Assembly: GCA_963665845.2 (NCBI GenBank)
Contig: OY762492.1
Span: 384,001 to 448,000, forward strand
DNA length: 64,000 nt
Direction of reading: 5' to 3'
Source of the DNA: Candidatus Poribacteria bacterium
Lineage (GTDB): Bacteria > Poribacteria > WGA-4E > GCA-2687025
Within the stretch, counting starts at the first letter, position 1, and every line of letters starts with the position of its first letter. Below, piece after piece: positions 18,055-28,300 of the stretch. The translations under genes and the position numbers were made by a program. The notes below the pieces were generated by a model that was given only the letters and a program-made list of their open reading frames with translations, did no database searches and was not told where the DNA came from.

Positions 18055-18611
18055 GGAGATTCAGCGAGATTCAGCGGAAACCGTTCAACAATCACCATGA
18101 GCGGCCGTCCTCGGTTGATCATGCGGTAGGAGCGGCAGATATGCGGATCATGGGGGTTCTCCATGCCGGGGGAAGGGGGCGCGTCCGCCGGCTCCATGCC
18201 ATGCCAGAGCAGCTCGCGGTAGGTCTCGGCGCGGTTCTGCCGAAGCAGCCGTCCAAGCGATTCCTCCGCGCCCTCCACGCCCGTCAACAAAGCCCCCTCA
18301 AGCCTCTCCGGCGCGATGAGCGACGTTCCATAGGCGTACACCGCGCCGGTCTTTGCGCCTTTCAATAACACATCCCGCGCCATGACGCTCGCCCCGCTCT
18401 CCGCCTCAAGCCAGCGATGCGGCTGCGTCAAGACGCGCCGTTTTTGGCTTAAGCATGTTACGTCAACCCGCTCCGCCGTGTACGCCTCGATGAACTGCGT
18501 CACCGTTCCGTCGATGACAAGCAGCGCGCGCTGAAACGGCGTCAAGGCGTCCGCGTCCAGATCGCAGAGACCGTCAGGGCGCGATTCTTGGGCGATAAAC
18601 AGCGCGTTCAT
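18051..18611 (-). CDS. Chorismate pyruvate-lyase family protein (4-hydroxybenzoate synthase-like)
   Basis: LLVIDGTVTQFIEA, RDVLL, LGRLL....ETYRE, RSYRM and IVERFP motifs. Confidence 0.8.
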   Translation of the reverse strand: MNALFIAQESRPDGLCDLDADALTPFQRALLVIDGTVTQFIEAYTAERVDVTCLSQKRRVLTQPHRWLEAESGASVMARDVLLKGAKTGAVYAYGTSLIAPERLEGALLTGVEGAEESLGRLLRQNRAETYRELLWHGMEPADAPPSPGMENPHDPHICRSYRMINRGRPLMVIVERFPLNLAESP

Positions 18612-18657
18612 GCGGCGCGCGGGAAACGTATGCGACGTTGACTTAGCATCTCAATTG

Positions 18658-18825
18658 CTGACTTTACGTCTTTAGTTGGAACAAGCCGGCGGGCGAACCC
18701 GGACGGTTTCGGCGGCGCCCCTAGATTCCCGCTTACGCGGGAATGACGGTCTGGTTGGCTGCGCTTTTTTCCCATGAGTAAGGGCTTTATTCGTCCAAAT
18801 GTCCCAACTTTACACATGAGGTTGG
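18658..18825 (-). mobile_element. CTGACC-type MITE, reverse orientation
   Basis: Imperfect TIRs ctgactttacgtctttagttggaaca / tgtcccaactttacacatgaggttgg; tcaattg on both sides (18651-18657 and 18826-18832); internal dRS3-like palindrome. Confidence 0.8.
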
Positions 18826-19773
18826 TCAATTGCTCTTGACCCGAACCTCGTCTTTCGTCAAGGTTCGCCCCAGCGCCGCGTCCCAGTTCATGTTCGCTTC
18901 CGGCGGCGTCGTCTGAACGCAGTCAGGATAAAGCCGCCCGCAGACATACATTTCAGGCGTCCCCCACTCTTCCGTTCCAGGTACGATCCACCGCTTGCCC
19001 TCGATATGCTGAATCGTCGATTTCATGTAATGGACGACATAGGCGCGGCGGTATCGGTCGGAGCGGTTTTGATGGCTGCCGTGAAAGAGCGCGTTGTTGA
19101 AAAAGATGAGCGACCCTTTTGGTACCTCGACAGGAATCGCCTGCTCCGCCGTCTCATCCGTCATGGTGAGCCGTTTTTGCAGGAAATACCCCTCGCTTTC
19201 CACTTGCCCATGATCAACGACGCCGAGATGGTGGCTCCCTGGGACGACCCAAAGGCAGCCGTTCTGCTCATCCGCATCGTCCAGAGCCATCCATGTGCCG
19301 ATCGTGGAGAGGTCGATGTCCTCGCCGACGCTGCTTATATAGGTGTTGCGAAAATACCAGGAGTCCTGATGCCACGCGACAGGGCGCCCCGTTCCCGGCG
19401 GTTTTAAAAAGTACAGGTCGTTTGGACAAAACAGATCATGCCCGACAATATCCTGCACAGGCGCCAGCCGCCGTTCGTCGCGGATATGCGCGCGCACAAA
19501 CGCGCTGAAGGTGTGTATGCGGTACATGTTGTCCAGCGGAAGCGTACCCGCCGTCTCCTTTGTCTGATCGGGGCGGCGCAGTATTGTTCGTTTCTGCTGA
19601 TCGGTCAGCGCGTCGGACGCTTCAACCAGCTCCGCAATCTCATCAGCCCGCGCGCGCAGGGCGTCCATTTCGTCGGCGCCGAACATTTTGGGGCGGATGA
19701 AGTAACCATCCTCCTCATACTGCCGCCGCTCCTTGTCAGTCAGCCGCTGCGCGCTCTTGCCATTGCTTGGCAT
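18826..19773 (-). CDS. Phytanoyl-CoA dioxygenase (PhyH) family Fe(II)/2OG dioxygenase
   Basis: KPPG...WHQDS, WMALDDA...NGCL..VPGSH and FHGS motifs; GGAGG RBS before ATG 19773. Confidence 0.92.
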   Translation of the reverse strand: MPSNGKSAQRLTDKERRQYEEDGYFIRPKMFGADEMDALRARADEIAELVEASDALTDQQKRTILRRPDQTKETAGTLPLDNMYRIHTFSAFVRAHIRDERRLAPVQDIVGHDLFCPNDLYFLKPPGTGRPVAWHQDSWYFRNTYISSVGEDIDLSTIGTWMALDDADEQNGCLWVVPGSHHLGVVDHGQVESEGYFLQKRLTMTDETAEQAIPVEVPKGSLIFFNNALFHGSHQNRSDRYRRAYVVHYMKSTIQHIEGKRWIVPGTEEWGTPEMYVCGRLYPDCVQTTPPEANMNWDAALGRTLTKDEVRVKSN

Positions 19774-19774
19774 C

Positions 19775-21931
19775 TTATCCTCCATAACCCCATTCAACCG
19801 AGAGGAGAGTCTCCCGCGGGTTGCCGGGGATGAGCGACAGCCCGCCAAACCCCCACATCTCGTATTCTGTGTCGGTCAGGTTTTTGCCGGTCAAACGGAC
19901 GCGGAAACCCTCATACTCATAAAACGCCGAGGCGTCCAGCAGCGAGTATGCGTCCATCTCGTAGGCGTTGTCCGGCGCGATGAACTGCGCGCCGACATAT
20001 CTCCAGCCCGCCGAGACGCCTAAGCCCTCCATCAACATCTTTTCTGTCCATAGGCTCAACAGATGCGTCGGGGCGAATTGCGGAACGTTGCCCGCATAAT
20101 CGATCTCGGTCGGAACGAATGAGCCGTCCGGCATCGGTATCGGGAGCGTCCGCTTCAGCTCCGTATATTCAGCGTCGGTGAAGGCGTAAGCGGCGCTTGC
20201 CGTCCACCCCGGCTTCAGTTCAGCGGCGATGTCGATCTCCGCCCCCTGCGAGAGCTGCGTCCCTGTTTGAGACAGGACGCCTGAATCGTCCGGCAGACTG
20301 ATGTCTTTCTCGATCCTGAACAGCGCGAGCGACATTTGCGCCTTGCCGTCCATGAGCAGATGTTTGGTTCCAACCTCCGCCTGCGTTGCCGTTTCCGCTT
20401 CCGGTTCCCCGGCGACGCGCGCCGAGGGCGGCGCAAAGCTTTGGCTGAAGCTGGCGTAGACCGAACCGCCTTCGCCCAACGAATAGACCGCGCCCGCCAA
20501 CGGGCTAAGCTGCGAGTAGCTGCGCTCCGTCTCCGTCTTTGGATCTTCATAGCTGATCGAGTCGAACCGCGCGCCGAGGAAGACCTGGATGTCCCTCGTC
20601 AGATACAGTCGATCCACAACATACGGCGCCAAGATAAGCGAGGATGCGTCCGCCCCTAGCGATTGATTCGGCTGCGGAATCGGATCCATCGGGAAGGTGA
20701 ATAAATCGTAGACGCCCATAGGCGAAATCGCCGAGACGTCAATAGTGAATTCGTCTGTCCATTGCGCCGTTTCCAGTCCAATCAGAAACTGATGCGGTAC
20801 CGGACCGGTCTTGACCGACAGCAGCGCTTCCAGCTGATTTCCGATGACCGTTTGCGCGTCGTCCAGCGCCGTTGTAATGCGGTAGGCGTCGATGAGGCCG
20901 GGGCCTCTCTCCATGCCGAAACCCGCAAAGAGCGTCCCCGACGAATCCCACTTAAAATCGGTGAAGTACAGCTTGTCCCGAATCGTGAGCTGGTCGTTTA
21001 TCTCCGTTTCAAGATTGACCTGGGCGCGCAGCGTCGTCTGTTCAGACAGATCGTCTTCCGATTGGTAGGAGGTCGTCCGCTCCACATCCGGCAAAACATT
21101 CGGCGACTGCGACGTTCCTTGACCCAGCATGATGTCCGGCAACAGCGGAATTCCCGCGTCCGATTTGCGTTCGACGATAGAGACTTCCAGCTCCGCCCCG
21201 ATCGTTGTCGACTCGTTCAGCTGGTACAGTAAGGACGGATTTGCGGCGACTGCATTGCTTTCCTTGTCGTCGCGGTAACGGTCGGACTGCTCCCACATCG
21301 TGTTCAAGCGTACGCTGACAGGACTCTGCGCTTCTTTTCCTCCCCATCCGAAATCCCCCGCCGCCCGCATCGCGTTGAATTGTCCATAGCCGAAGCGGAA
21401 ACGCGCGAACGTATCGCCGGTCGGCTTTTTTCGCGCTAGGTTGACCGTTCCGGACAGAGCGTTTCCGCCGTAGAGAAACGCGCCCGGTCCTTTCAACACC
21501 TCAACCCGTTCAATGTTGTAAAGATCGTAAAAGCCGACCTCCGGTTCGGGGGAGCCGTCTGTCATGACGAGACCGCTGCTAAGCGACTCAAAGCCGCGGA
21601 TGATGAACGTTTCAAACACGCCGAAGCCGCCCTGCGCCTGCGCGCCGCTCACATTCTTGAGCGCGTCGCCCAAGCCGACCGCCGACTGGCTTTCCAGAAG
21701 ACCGCTGGATACGACGCCGACGCTCAACGGCGTCTCCAAAAAAGAGAGCGGCGTTTTGACCGCGATGGAGGAAAGCCTTTCGTTCTCAACGACCACCTCT
21801 TCCAGCGCCACCTCTTCCATTTCGCCGGCTTCGGTTTCCGTCTCCCCGCCATGCGCGTCGCCGAGAGCGGCGGACGACCAGCCGAACGTCAGAAGCAGCG
21901 CGGCGGATATTGTTACCGCATATCGATACAT
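19775..21931 (-). CDS. TonB-dependent outer-membrane receptor
   Basis: Signal peptide, plug motifs IRGF and IERVEVLKGP, C-terminal NLTDxxY...PGNPR. Confidence 0.92.
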   Translation of the reverse strand: MYRYAVTISAALLLTFGWSSAALGDAHGGETETEAGEMEEVALEEVVVENERLSSIAVKTPLSFLETPLSVGVVSSGLLESQSAVGLGDALKNVSGAQAQGGFGVFETFIIRGFESLSSGLVMTDGSPEPEVGFYDLYNIERVEVLKGPGAFLYGGNALSGTVNLARKKPTGDTFARFRFGYGQFNAMRAAGDFGWGGKEAQSPVSVRLNTMWEQSDRYRDDKESNAVAANPSLLYQLNESTTIGAELEVSIVERKSDAGIPLLPDIMLGQGTSQSPNVLPDVERTTSYQSEDDLSEQTTLRAQVNLETEINDQLTIRDKLYFTDFKWDSSGTLFAGFGMERGPGLIDAYRITTALDDAQTVIGNQLEALLSVKTGPVPHQFLIGLETAQWTDEFTIDVSAISPMGVYDLFTFPMDPIPQPNQSLGADASSLILAPYVVDRLYLTRDIQVFLGARFDSISYEDPKTETERSYSQLSPLAGAVYSLGEGGSVYASFSQSFAPPSARVAGEPEAETATQAEVGTKHLLMDGKAQMSLALFRIEKDISLPDDSGVLSQTGTQLSQGAEIDIAAELKPGWTASAAYAFTDAEYTELKRTLPIPMPDGSFVPTEIDYAGNVPQFAPTHLLSLWTEKMLMEGLGVSAGWRYVGAQFIAPDNAYEMDAYSLLDASAFYEYEGFRVRLTGKNLTDTEYEMWGFGGLSLIPGNPRETLLSVEWGYGG

Positions 21932-23130
21932 GCGATCTCCTCCAGGCTGCGGATAAACAGGAACCCGTTCGACAACGACGGGCTTGTCCAACCTTTATTT
22001 TTTGTTTCAAGCGCCATCGCATGGGCATGCTCGTTGTAAGCGTCCGGCGAGGCGTCCGCGACAGCGAGGTTGCCCTGTTCACCCAGAATGATCAGCTTGT
22101 CGCTTGCCAAGATGACCGTTCCGCGCCCAAATGTGCGCCCTTTAGCCCAGCTTTCATCGCCCGTGTCGGCGTTGATGCATTTCAACGTTCCGCCGTCGAA
22201 TCCGTAGATGTAGCCGTCTTTATAGACAGGCGACGCCATCTGGCTTTTCAGAACCTTGTTTGTCCAGACGCCGTTGGCGGCGTAGGAGCCGTTGTCCTTT
22301 GCGATCTCCACCACCGATGTCCCTTTGTCGTATCCGGACGCGAGCAGCAGGCGGCTGTCGTTCAGTTGAAGCGGGGTCGCTGAATTGACATCGTAGCTTG
22401 TTTTCCATGGATATGACCAGAGCGGTTCGCCCTCAAGCGAGACTCCGACGGCGCCGTCCGCCGGGAAGAAGACCAGCTGCTCCGTTCCCGCCAAGTTCAT
22501 GAGCGCCGGCGTGGCGTAGCCCGGCTTGCTGGAGTTGGATGTCCAAAGGGTGTCGCCCCTCTTTGCGTCTAGCGCCACGAAGCATTGATCGTCGGCGCCG
22601 CCCGCTTCGGCGTAGACGACGTTGTCGATGATGAGCGGGGAGCCAGAGTACCCCCAGTACGGTTTTCTGCCGGAATAGACCTTGACCAGGTCTTTCATCC
22701 ATGCAGGCGCGCCCGATTCGGCGTTCATTGCATGCAGCTTGCCATGCGCCGAGATCGTATAGACCATGCCGTTGACGACGGCTGGCGTGGCGCGCGGACC
22801 GTCGCCGCCCTGCCTGTCTTTGAAGATCTCGTCGGTGCGCTGCCGCCAGTGTTCGTCGCCTGTCTTGGCGTCTAAGCAGATCAGATATTCGCTTTCATCG
22901 TCGGAGGTCATCGTATAGGCGCGGTCGCCGACAACCGAGACGGCGGAAAATCCGTCGCCGAAATCCATGCGCCAGACCGTTTTCAGCTCGCCGCTGAGCC
23001 AGCCGATCGATTCGACGGTGGTTCCGTCGCGGTTCGGTCCGCGCCATTCAGGCCAATCGCCCGCAAGACTGTTCGCCGTTGCAGAAAGGAAGACAGCGGT
23101 CAAACCCGCCGCCAAGAGTATTCGTTTCAT
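21913..23130 (-). CDS. Secreted PQQ-binding-like beta-propeller protein
   Basis: Signal peptide, DWPEWRGPNRDG, GPRATP, GSPL and ASPV blades. Confidence 0.88.
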   Translation of the reverse strand: MKRILLAAGLTAVFLSATANSLAGDWPEWRGPNRDGTTVESIGWLSGELKTVWRMDFGDGFSAVSVVGDRAYTMTSDDESEYLICLDAKTGDEHWRQRTDEIFKDRQGGDGPRATPAVVNGMVYTISAHGKLHAMNAESGAPAWMKDLVKVYSGRKPYWGYSGSPLIIDNVVYAEAGGADDQCFVALDAKRGDTLWTSNSSKPGYATPALMNLAGTEQLVFFPADGAVGVSLEGEPLWSYPWKTSYDVNSATPLQLNDSRLLLASGYDKGTSVVEIAKDNGSYAANGVWTNKVLKSQMASPVYKDGYIYGFDGGTLKCINADTGDESWAKGRTFGRGTVILASDKLIILGEQGNLAVADASPDAYNEHAHAMALETKNKGWTSPSLSNGFLFIRSLEEIACIDMR

Positions 23131-23170
23131 GGACAACTCCCACTCGCATAGTTACTTTCGCCGCCTTACT

Positions 23171-23199
23171 ATTTTAGCCGCTATAGAAGGAAAGCGCAA
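23171..23199 (-). promoter_or_regulatory. Putative sigma70 promoter for the propeller-TonB-PhyH operon
   Basis: TTGCGC-17 nt-TAAAAT on the minus strand. Confidence 0.55.
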
Positions 23200-23271
23200 G
23201 CGCATTTGCTGACGGGCAGTATGATCATACGATGAATTTCATTTGACCCTAAAGCGTCGGCGCCGCCTGAC

Positions 23272-23355
23272 GTCATTCCCGCGCAAGCGGGAATCTTAAG
23301 GCATCGCAGCCGCCGCGCCCGTCCTTCAAACCTCCTAACCCCCTTTCAAGGGGAA
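23272..23355. repeat. dRS3-like palindrome plus CCCCCTTTCAAGGGG palindrome
   Basis: gtcattcccgcgcaagcgggaatc at 23272; cccccctttcaagggg near 23339. Confidence 0.8.
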
Positions 23356-23387
23356 TCGGACGCGACATTTAGAGAGGCGCGGTCGGT

Positions 23388-25382
23388 TTAATGTGGAAGC
23401 CCCCAGTAGGAGACGCCTGTTTTCAACCCGATGAACGCCCACAGCGCCGCCATCACATATTCCCCCAAAATAAGCCCGATGAAGACGGGGCGCGTCCGGC
23501 GGTAGAGGCCGAAGCCGCCGAATTTTAACAGCGTCAACTTCAAAGCCCAGCCCAGCAGCGTTGAAAACCAGAGATGAAACGGCGCCCACGTAACGCCCAG
23601 CGCATATCCGATCGGATGAAAGGGCCACCATAGAAACCGATGGCGCATCCAGAGAAGGAACGCCATGACGCCGCCGCCCGCCGCCGCGCTCATGACGCCG
23701 GGGCCGTTCGGCGGCTGCGGATTGATGACGGAGCGCGCGATCTTGTTCATCTGAAACGGGCCGAGGCCGCGGTAGATCCACCCCTCAAAGTTGAGCGCGC
23801 CTTCCGCGTGCGTCCAGAACATCGTCGAGACGAACGCCGCGGCGACCGCGACCAGAACCGCCAAGCTCATCCACCGCCCAAGGCGCAGCGGACGCGCCGC
23901 CAAACCATGCGCCTCCGTCAACCGAAAGTTCTGAATCGCATACGGCATGAGCGACTCGGAGCTCCAGTGCGGTATGGAGGAGCGCTCAAACGCCAGGAAC
24001 GCGAGATTCCGCGCCCCGACGCGCCGCGCCCCCAGCATCGTCAAAAAAAACTGATGCGGCGAAAAACCGACATTCACCAGCAGCAGCCCCGCGTTGGAAA
24101 CATACCACGCCGCCGCGGTCGCCAGTATCCAGAGCAGCGTCAGAAATCCGATCGTCATCCAGAGCGACATCCCCGCCCAGAGGCACATGAGCGCCATGCC
24201 GCCCAGCCCCAGAAGCGTCCCAGCGAACGCGCCGCGGTAGGAAAGCGGCTCGTCCGCGTCGCTGATGGAAGGGTCGTTTGGGTTCAGCGCTTTTTTCAGG
24301 ACGTCGTTTAAGTGGCGGCGCGCCTGCCATGCCGAGAAGAGCGCCAGAACGAGAACGGCGCCCATCACCTGATTCTGCGTGTTGACCGCTGTAACGGCGA
24401 AGGCGCGGAAAAATACCTGCTGAAATTTATAAAACGCAAAGAAAAACCAGAGGCTCAACGACACATCCAGCCGCAAAAAATAGGTCACGCCGATGACCGA
24501 AAAGTAGACGCGAGGCCAAAGCGGCCATCCCTGAACAAGCGCGTTCCAAGGCGGATTTGGAAACAGATGCCGTATGGAAAAGATGACAGGGATCGACGGA
24601 ACGGACGGATCCAGCCGATGAAGTCCGCGCAGCCCATGCAGAACGACCATGCAGAGCGCCGCGATCCAGAATCCTGACGAGCGGAAGGTTGCGTTGTAGG
24701 CGCGTCCGGACGGATCGGTCTGCGTCATATGCTGCGCGACCTGGACAAGCGGAAACGAATAACGTTCCCGCTCCGACCATTGCCTGCGCAGGATCGCCGC
24801 CCAGCAGCCGACCGCAAAGAAAAACAGAAGCCCAAAGCCGATCCCAAACGCGGCGGGCTTCAACCATGCGCCCCAAGGAATCAGCCGGAGGTCGTCGATG
24901 CCTTCAAAGAACGCCTGCGCCGCCTTTAGATCGGAGACGTAAAGCCATTCTTTGAGATGCGGAAGAACCGCCTCCGCCCATTGATTTTCAGGGGTCGCGT
25001 AATAAAGCGGGGAGGCAAGATACGGGAAGAGAAACTCCATCAGCCCGTAACCTGGAACGGCGGAGGCCGCCGTTGTCATCGCCCAGACGACGGTCAACTC
25101 CGCCGCGTTGAGCCTCCCTTTAGGGCTGACGCGCGACAGGAGCGGGTTGACGGCAAAGACCAGAAACGCGAGAAAGAAAAGCGCGCCCATCGGGAGATGA
25201 TTCGACGCCATCTGCCCGATGGACGCGCCATGCATATATCCGCCGAGAGCGCCCTGAACGGCAGACCAGACAAGCGACAGCGCCACAACGCGCCCCGCCC
25301 GGACGCGCGGAGCGGCAGCCCCAGGGCGGTTTTTATTCTTCAGCGCTCTCGCCGTCCTCCGCCGAATAGAACGGGTCGTCAT
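23388..25382 (-). CDS. Multi-pass membrane protein, DUF6785/DUF6784-like putative transporter (start uncertain)
   Basis: Many TM segments; ATPENQW, W.ERERYSFPL and WWPFHPIGY motifs. Confidence 0.75.
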   Translation of the reverse strand: MTTRSIRRRTARALKNKNRPGAAAPRVRAGRVVALSLVWSAVQGALGGYMHGASIGQMASNHLPMGALFFLAFLVFAVNPLLSRVSPKGRLNAAELTVVWAMTTAASAVPGYGLMEFLFPYLASPLYYATPENQWAEAVLPHLKEWLYVSDLKAAQAFFEGIDDLRLIPWGAWLKPAAFGIGFGLLFFFAVGCWAAILRRQWSERERYSFPLVQVAQHMTQTDPSGRAYNATFRSSGFWIAALCMVVLHGLRGLHRLDPSVPSIPVIFSIRHLFPNPPWNALVQGWPLWPRVYFSVIGVTYFLRLDVSLSLWFFFAFYKFQQVFFRAFAVTAVNTQNQVMGAVLVLALFSAWQARRHLNDVLKKALNPNDPSISDADEPLSYRGAFAGTLLGLGGMALMCLWAGMSLWMTIGFLTLLWILATAAAWYVSNAGLLLVNVGFSPHQFFLTMLGARRVGARNLAFLAFERSSIPHWSSESLMPYAIQNFRLTEAHGLAARPLRLGRWMSLAVLVAVAAAFVSTMFWTHAEGALNFEGWIYRGLGPFQMNKIARSVINPQPPNGPGVMSAAAGGGVMAFLLWMRHRFLWWPFHPIGYALGVTWAPFHLWFSTLLGWALKLTLLKFGGFGLYRRTRPVFIGLILGEYVMAALWAFIGLKTGVSYWGLPH

Positions 25383-28300
25383 CTGCCGTCTCGTCCAGCG
25401 GATAGTCCGCGCTGTCTTCTTGCGAGACAGCGTTCAGGACGCTGAACAGCGCCGCGTCGATGCTGTCGTCAACGTTCTCATCAACGCTGTCGGCTTCGGT
25501 CTCCTCGGGGTCTTCCGGCGGGAGCTGCGGGATGGCGTCCTGCCGCATGATGCGCTCAACAGGCTGCGCTTCCACCTGCCGGTTTGAGGGGATGCCGGTA
25601 CCCGCCGGTATGAGCCTGCCCATGATCAGGTTCTCTTTCAGCCCTGTGAGCGCGTCCCATCTGCCGTATGCCGCCGCGTTTGCCAGGACGCGCGTCGTCT
25701 CTTCAAAGGAAGCCGCCGAGATGAACGAGTCGGTGCTGAGCGAAGCGCGCTTGATGCCCTGCAGTATCGGCATCGCCTGGGCGGGGCGCGCCTCCTGTTC
25801 CAAGACCAATGTCACCTCGCTCACATACGGCTTTTCGATGGCGACCTGGATCGTTTCGACAGCGGGAAGCTCCCTGTACGCTTCAAGCGTTTCAATCGCA
25901 TCGCGCCGCAGCTGCTGCGCCAGACTCTTGGTGATGACATCCCCCTTTTTCGCAAGGAAAAAGCCTTCAGGCGCCGCCGCGTCTACCGGCAGCGTCGACT
26001 GGTAATGCTCTTTCTCCGCCTCCGTTAGAGAAACGGCAATGATCTGCGTTCCCGACTCCTCCGATTCTGCGGCGACCTCAAGCGTCTTTTCGCCAGCCTT
26101 GCGCAGCCGCGTAATCAGCTTCTTCGTGAGAACGCTCCCCTTTTCAGCGAAAAGGTAACCCGCCGGCGCCGGAATGTCCGCCGCGATCTTGCAATCCCGG
26201 TATTCGTTCTCCGCCGCGTCAACGCTGATCTGTTCAGGAGTGTCGGCGACAACCTGCTTGCCGAGCATCTCAACCAGCTTCTTCGTGACGGAGGCGCCAT
26301 TCTCTGCCAGAACGGTTCCGTCCGGCAACACAACATCCTCCGCCAGCTTCGACTGGTAGTAAGTCGTTTCCGCCTCCTCCAGCGTCGCCGTTTCGATGCG
26401 CTCCGGGATGGACGCCCTTCGCAGCTGCTGAATCAGCTTCTTCGTCATCTTGTCGCCCTTGCGCGCCAGGATGCCGCCCGCCGGATTGTCCACATCTTCC
26501 GCCAGCACTCCGCCCAGGTGGCCGTCCTGAATATCGTCGATGGAGATCGTTTCTTCGCGCGAGATCTTCGTTCCGAGGATGCGCCGATTCTCCCGCTGAA
26601 ACGCGCCGTGCGTCGCCATCTCGCCGACGAGAAAGTCGCTGTCCCCGCGGTCGGTGATCTGAACTTTCCGCATCATTTGACGAATGATCACCTCCACATG
26701 CTTGTCGTTGATCCGTTCGCCTTGGCGCCTGTAGACGGCTTTGATTTCGCGCACAAGGTGCCTGTAGGTTTCGTCGCGCCCCTTCACATCCAGCAGGTCA
26801 TGCGGGTTTTCAAGCCCTTCGGTCAACTTGTCGCCGGCGACGACATGGTCGCCTTCCTGGACGCGGATGAATTTTCCGATCGATATTTTGTATTCGCGGA
26901 AGTTGTCGGGCGCGTCCTTCGGCGTGACGCGGACAATCTGCTGGTTGCGGACGCGCCGGTCAAAAGAGACCTCCCCGTCGATCTCGGTGATGATCGCCGG
27001 ATCCTTCGGCTTGCTCGCTTCAAACAGCGCCTGAACGCGCGGCAGACCGGAGACGATGTCCGACGTCTTCGCCGTTTCCAGCGGAACGCGCGCCAGCGTG
27101 TCCCCAGGCGAGACCGACTCGCCCTCCTTCACCGAGAGACGCGCATGCGTCGGAAGAATGTACGATTCGATTTCATTGCCGGCGTTCTCGCCATGCTCCG
27201 CCACAATTTTGATGCGCGGAATCTTTTCTCTGTATTCGGTGATGACAAGGTCGCGCTGCCCCGTCGCTTCGTCGATCGATTCCTCCATCGTGTCGCCCTG
27301 GATGATTTCCTCGAACCGTACGATTCCCGCCGTTTTTGTTAAGACAGGGACATAGTCCGGCTCGCGGAAGAGCGGCATCTCTTTTTCGACGCGCTGCCCG
27401 TCCTGAACCTGCAGAACGGAGCCGGCAGGGACGCGCCTGTTCTCTATTTCGCGCCCTCCGTCGCCTTCTACGATGAGCCGTCCGTTGCGGAGCGCGATCA
27501 GATCGCCGTTCGGGCGTTCCGCGGTTTCGAGATTTCTAAAGACCGCCCTGCCTTCGCGCGCGCGGACGCGCACGACCGCCTCTTCCCCCGTCCCGGCGGT
27601 CGCGGCTCCGCCCGTGTGGAAGGTTCGCATCGTCAGCTGCGTTCCAGGTTCGCCGATCGATTGCGCGGCGATGATCCCGACCGCTTCGCCGATGTCGACA
27701 AGGCGGTGCGTCGACAGATCGGCGCCGTAGCACATGCGGCAGACGCCGGTCGCCGCTTCGCAGTTGAGCGGGGAGCGGAATGTCGCTTCATACACCTCCG
27801 CGTCGTCGATTCGTTTCGCCTTCTCCGCGGTGACCAGTTCGCCCGCCTCAATCAGAACGCTGCCGTCCGCGGGGTCGAGAATATCCTTCGCGGCGACTCT
27901 GCCGATGGCGACGTTCGCCAAGGTGCTGCCTTCCTCGTCCGCCTCGATCATCGTCTTGAGGACGCCGTCCATCGCGCCGCAATCCTCTTCGGTGACGATC
28001 ACATCCTGCGCGACGTCAACCAGTTTGCGCGTCAGGTATCCTGATTGGGAGGTTTTGACAGCGGTGTCCGCGAGACCCTTGCGGGCGCCGTGCGTCGAGA
28101 TGAAAAACTCCAGTACCGACAGCCCCTCCCGCAGCGATGTGAAGATCGGGGTTTCAATGATGCTTCCGTCCGGCTTCGCCATGAGTCCGCGCATGCCGGA
28201 GATTTGCCGCATCTGGTCGTATCGGGCGCGCGCCCCGGAGTCCGCCATGATATGTTCAGGGTTGAAGCCGCGGGCGTACGATTCATCGGCAGAGAGCGCG

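Noticed and set aside
18608-18829. 73-aa ORF between phyH and the chorismate lyase gene as a precursor peptide
   Set aside because: It is the translation of the MITE, and related peptide text appears at other MITE copies.
23137-23387. Cobalamin or other riboswitch ahead of the TonB receptor operon
   Set aside because: No conserved riboswitch boxes recognised; the predicted promoter leaves only a short leader and the rest is repeat DNA. An Infernal/Rfam scan would settle it.
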